Assembly (NCBI GenBank): GCA_043228905.1
Contig: JBHGNT010000012.1
Coordinates: forward strand, 2,604,001 to 2,668,000
Direction of reading: 5' to 3'
Origin: Azolla caroliniana
Taxonomy: Eukaryota; Plantae; Polypodiophyta
DNA: 64,000 nucleotides
This document shows, one piece after another, positions 62,034 to 64,000 of this stretch. Numbering within the stretch: position 1 is the stretch's first letter; each line of letters opens with the position of its first letter. Made by a program: the position numbers and the translations under genes. Below the pieces are notes generated by a model. That model was not told where the DNA came from and did no database searches. It saw only the letters and a list, made by a program, of their open reading frames with translations.

Positions 62034-63390
62034 CCTTGTATGGGACTCCAAGGACTTCGCCCTATTCGATTTTGGGGAAATATGAATCGGCACCAAAGTT
62101 CAGACAGTAGTCAAATAGAAAAAACAAATGTTTGGGGTTTCTGTAACTGAAACATACCTGGACGATGATCGAGCGGGTTCTGTGTTGTAGCTCTCAATCT
62201 GCAATGTCGATTTTTTGCTGTTGCGGGAGCTACGTCTGCGTTCGTGCTCTGAGTACTCCATCTGCGTTCAAAATCAGACTTAGGCTAAACAGGAAATTGA
62301 TGACATTGAAGTCGACCTTAGATGATGGTGATATTCCCCAAGTTCCACTACGTCTGAAACAGAAGTTCAAATATTTGAGTTTTTTCATAAATTAGTTTTT
62401 CAAATATTTGATTTTCCCACAAGAAAGACTAGCTAAACAAATAGCTAATTAGCTATGGCCATTTTAGTAGCTAATTAGCTATAATAGTGTTTCCACTCGC
62501 ATGCTTTTACCCTACACTCTTCTACCAGGATTACACCTTTCTTTGCCCTTCCCGGTAACCATCCTCGATGGTGTATCTTGGATCTTCGTAAGGTCGTACG
62601 AAACCCTAGTGTTGAGCATCATCTTCATCGACTACGTCGCATCCAGTTAGCGTTATCTTCACATCTTCAGACTGCTCAAGAACAACATAAGACCAATGTT
62701 GATCGCCATTGTCTTAAGTCTCTTTTTAAGTTTGGTGACCAAGTATGGTTGCTTCGTCGTCACATCAAGACTACCCGGCCATGTGAGAAGCTTGATTATC
62801 AGCGCTTAGGTCCTTTTCTCATCACTGCACGTATTAACGATGCCACCTTTTGTCTTAATCTTCCAGCACACATGCGGCTTCACCCAGTCTTTCATAGCTC
62901 TCTTTTGGAACCTTGTCGCACCTCTTCTATTCCTAATCGTGTCGTGCCACCTCCACTCTCTGTCCAACTTGTTGACGGCCCTGAATACGAGGTAGCTGCT
63001 ATTCTTGATTCGAAGATTGTGCGGAATAAGCTCTACTATTTGGTTGATTGGGTTGGCTATCCTCCGAGCAATGTTGCCTTTTGACGGCTAACATTGGTTG
63101 TCATGAGAGCGGTATTCCAAAATTTTTGCCCGTCAAATGACGGTTTGTCAAAAAAATTGCCCTTCAAAAAGTAAATACATCGAATATTCGTACTAAACAA
63201 TATATTATACCCTTGTATCCTTTGCATCTTTCCAAATTTCATGTACACGATCCCATTGTATTTCTTCAATGTGTGGCCCATTCAATGAGACTCACATTAA
63301 ATCATCTAAATGCTCTATATATTCAATCGATTTCTTTTCATCTCTTTGATGAGATTTTGCTTAGAGAACCCTCTCTCACACGAAACTGTG

Positions 63391-63711
63391 TGTCATGATA
63401 TGGCAAGACTCGAACCCATGACCTTAGGTTATATGGGTCAAGCTCTTGACCATTATATCATCTATTGTAATACATAAGATATTATTTTCATTTACATTTT
63501 ATTATAGGAAATTAATGTATATTCCAGATTTCTCTGGAACATTCTAGAAGCTTCAGGATTACTCCTGAGAACACTATAAAAGAGGGCACTAGGCATTATG
63601 TTGAACCAAATTGGTTCAACGCCAGTCTTTAGCCTCATAGCCCTTTTGTACTTACTCTTCTTATAATATAATATGTTATCATCATCTCTCTCTCTCTCTC
63701 TCTCGTCCTCG

Positions 63712-63760
<49 letters not shown>

Positions 63761-64000
63761 TACGTAGTCCCTTCCTCTTAGTACTAATAGTACTTCCCTT
63801 CTCTAGTACTAATTCTCTCTCTGTTTAGTACTATTCCTGACAGTTTGAACCAATTTTCCCTTCTGTCTCTCTCCCTTCATAATAATCTCTTATTCCTCTT
63901 TTCTTTTCATCCTATGGCCACTGTTAGTGCTCAGGAGTATCAATCTGTTTTCTCAGAGTTTCAATGCTTGAAAGAGAAGTTCCTTGCTTTGGAACAAGAA
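63391..64000 (+). mobile_element. Tcn1-like chromovirus M: 5' LTR, self-priming PBS and gag start; runs off the window
   Basis: LTR 63391-63842 (TGTCATGATA...CCTGACA) is homologous to K LTRs. PBS GTTTGAACCAATTTT at 63843-63857. ATG 63914 gives MATVSAQEYQSVFSEFQCLKEKFLALEQE, matching the K gag start. Confidence 0.92.

Larger units (their letters stand above)
50597..62512 (+). mobile_element. Sola2-like DNA transposon, 11.9 kb, with cargo genes
   Basis: 25-bp TIRs GGGTGAAAGCATGCGAGTGGAAACA / TGTTTCCACTCGCATGCTTTTACCC (1 mismatch); GRG...CYC termini; 4-bp TSD TACA at 50593-50596 and 62513-62516. Removing it restores the integrase motif AYNNMVHSSTRITPFFA. Confidence 0.93.
49755..63080 (+). mobile_element. 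Tcn1-like chromovirus fragment L (inverted RNase H, integrase, chromodomain), split by the Sola2 element
   Basis: RNase H on the minus strand 49755-~50068. Integrase on the plus strand ~50070-50596 (PWQSISMDFITDLP, TDRGPQF, HPQTDGQT) resumes at 62517 (KLDYQRLGPF, HPVFHSSLL, EYEVAAILDS). Confidence 0.88.

Noticed and set aside
63080-63390. Possible DNA transposon or Helitron end
   Set aside because: No TIR partner, terminal hairpin or TSD identifiable within the window.
63391-63842. This LTR as the 3' LTR of fragment L
   Set aside because: It is not preceded by a PPT, is separated from the truncated chromodomain by about 310 bp of unrelated DNA, and is followed by a PBS and gag, so it is the 5' LTR of a separate copy.

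Overview
Land-plant nuclear DNA, probably from a seed-free plant such as a fern (inferred from Tcn1-like chromoviruses and a heavy LTR load). It holds one intact host gene, SAR1 (minus strand, 3 coding exons, 193 aa, 3613-5952), followed by about 57 kb of nested transposons, most with exact TSDs. Letters A-M are my labels. Copia A contains a non-coding LTR element B and a near-intact Copia C. A hAT element carries captured XRN exoribonuclease exons. A five-level nest runs Gypsy fragment > Copia F > LTR I > Copia D > Copia H, with Copia E and solo LTR G also inside F. Three Tcn1-like chromovirus copies (K, L, M) show, between them, a self-priming PBS, a -1 frameshift pseudoknot and a tRNA-like module in the LTR. 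The standout is an 11.9-kb Sola2-like DNA transposon (50597-62512, 25-bp TIRs, TACA TSD) inserted in the integrase of L. It has a spliced DDD transposase, a convergent 5-exon RING-H2 gene and a degenerate FCP1/NIF-like ORF. The long intron of both genes is a polymer of the palindrome TAGCTAATTAGCTA, which also occurs upstream of SAR1. Element B has two inward-facing tRNA-Arg-like PBSs and no adjacent PPT. All calls come from reading the sequence by eye; no searches were run.
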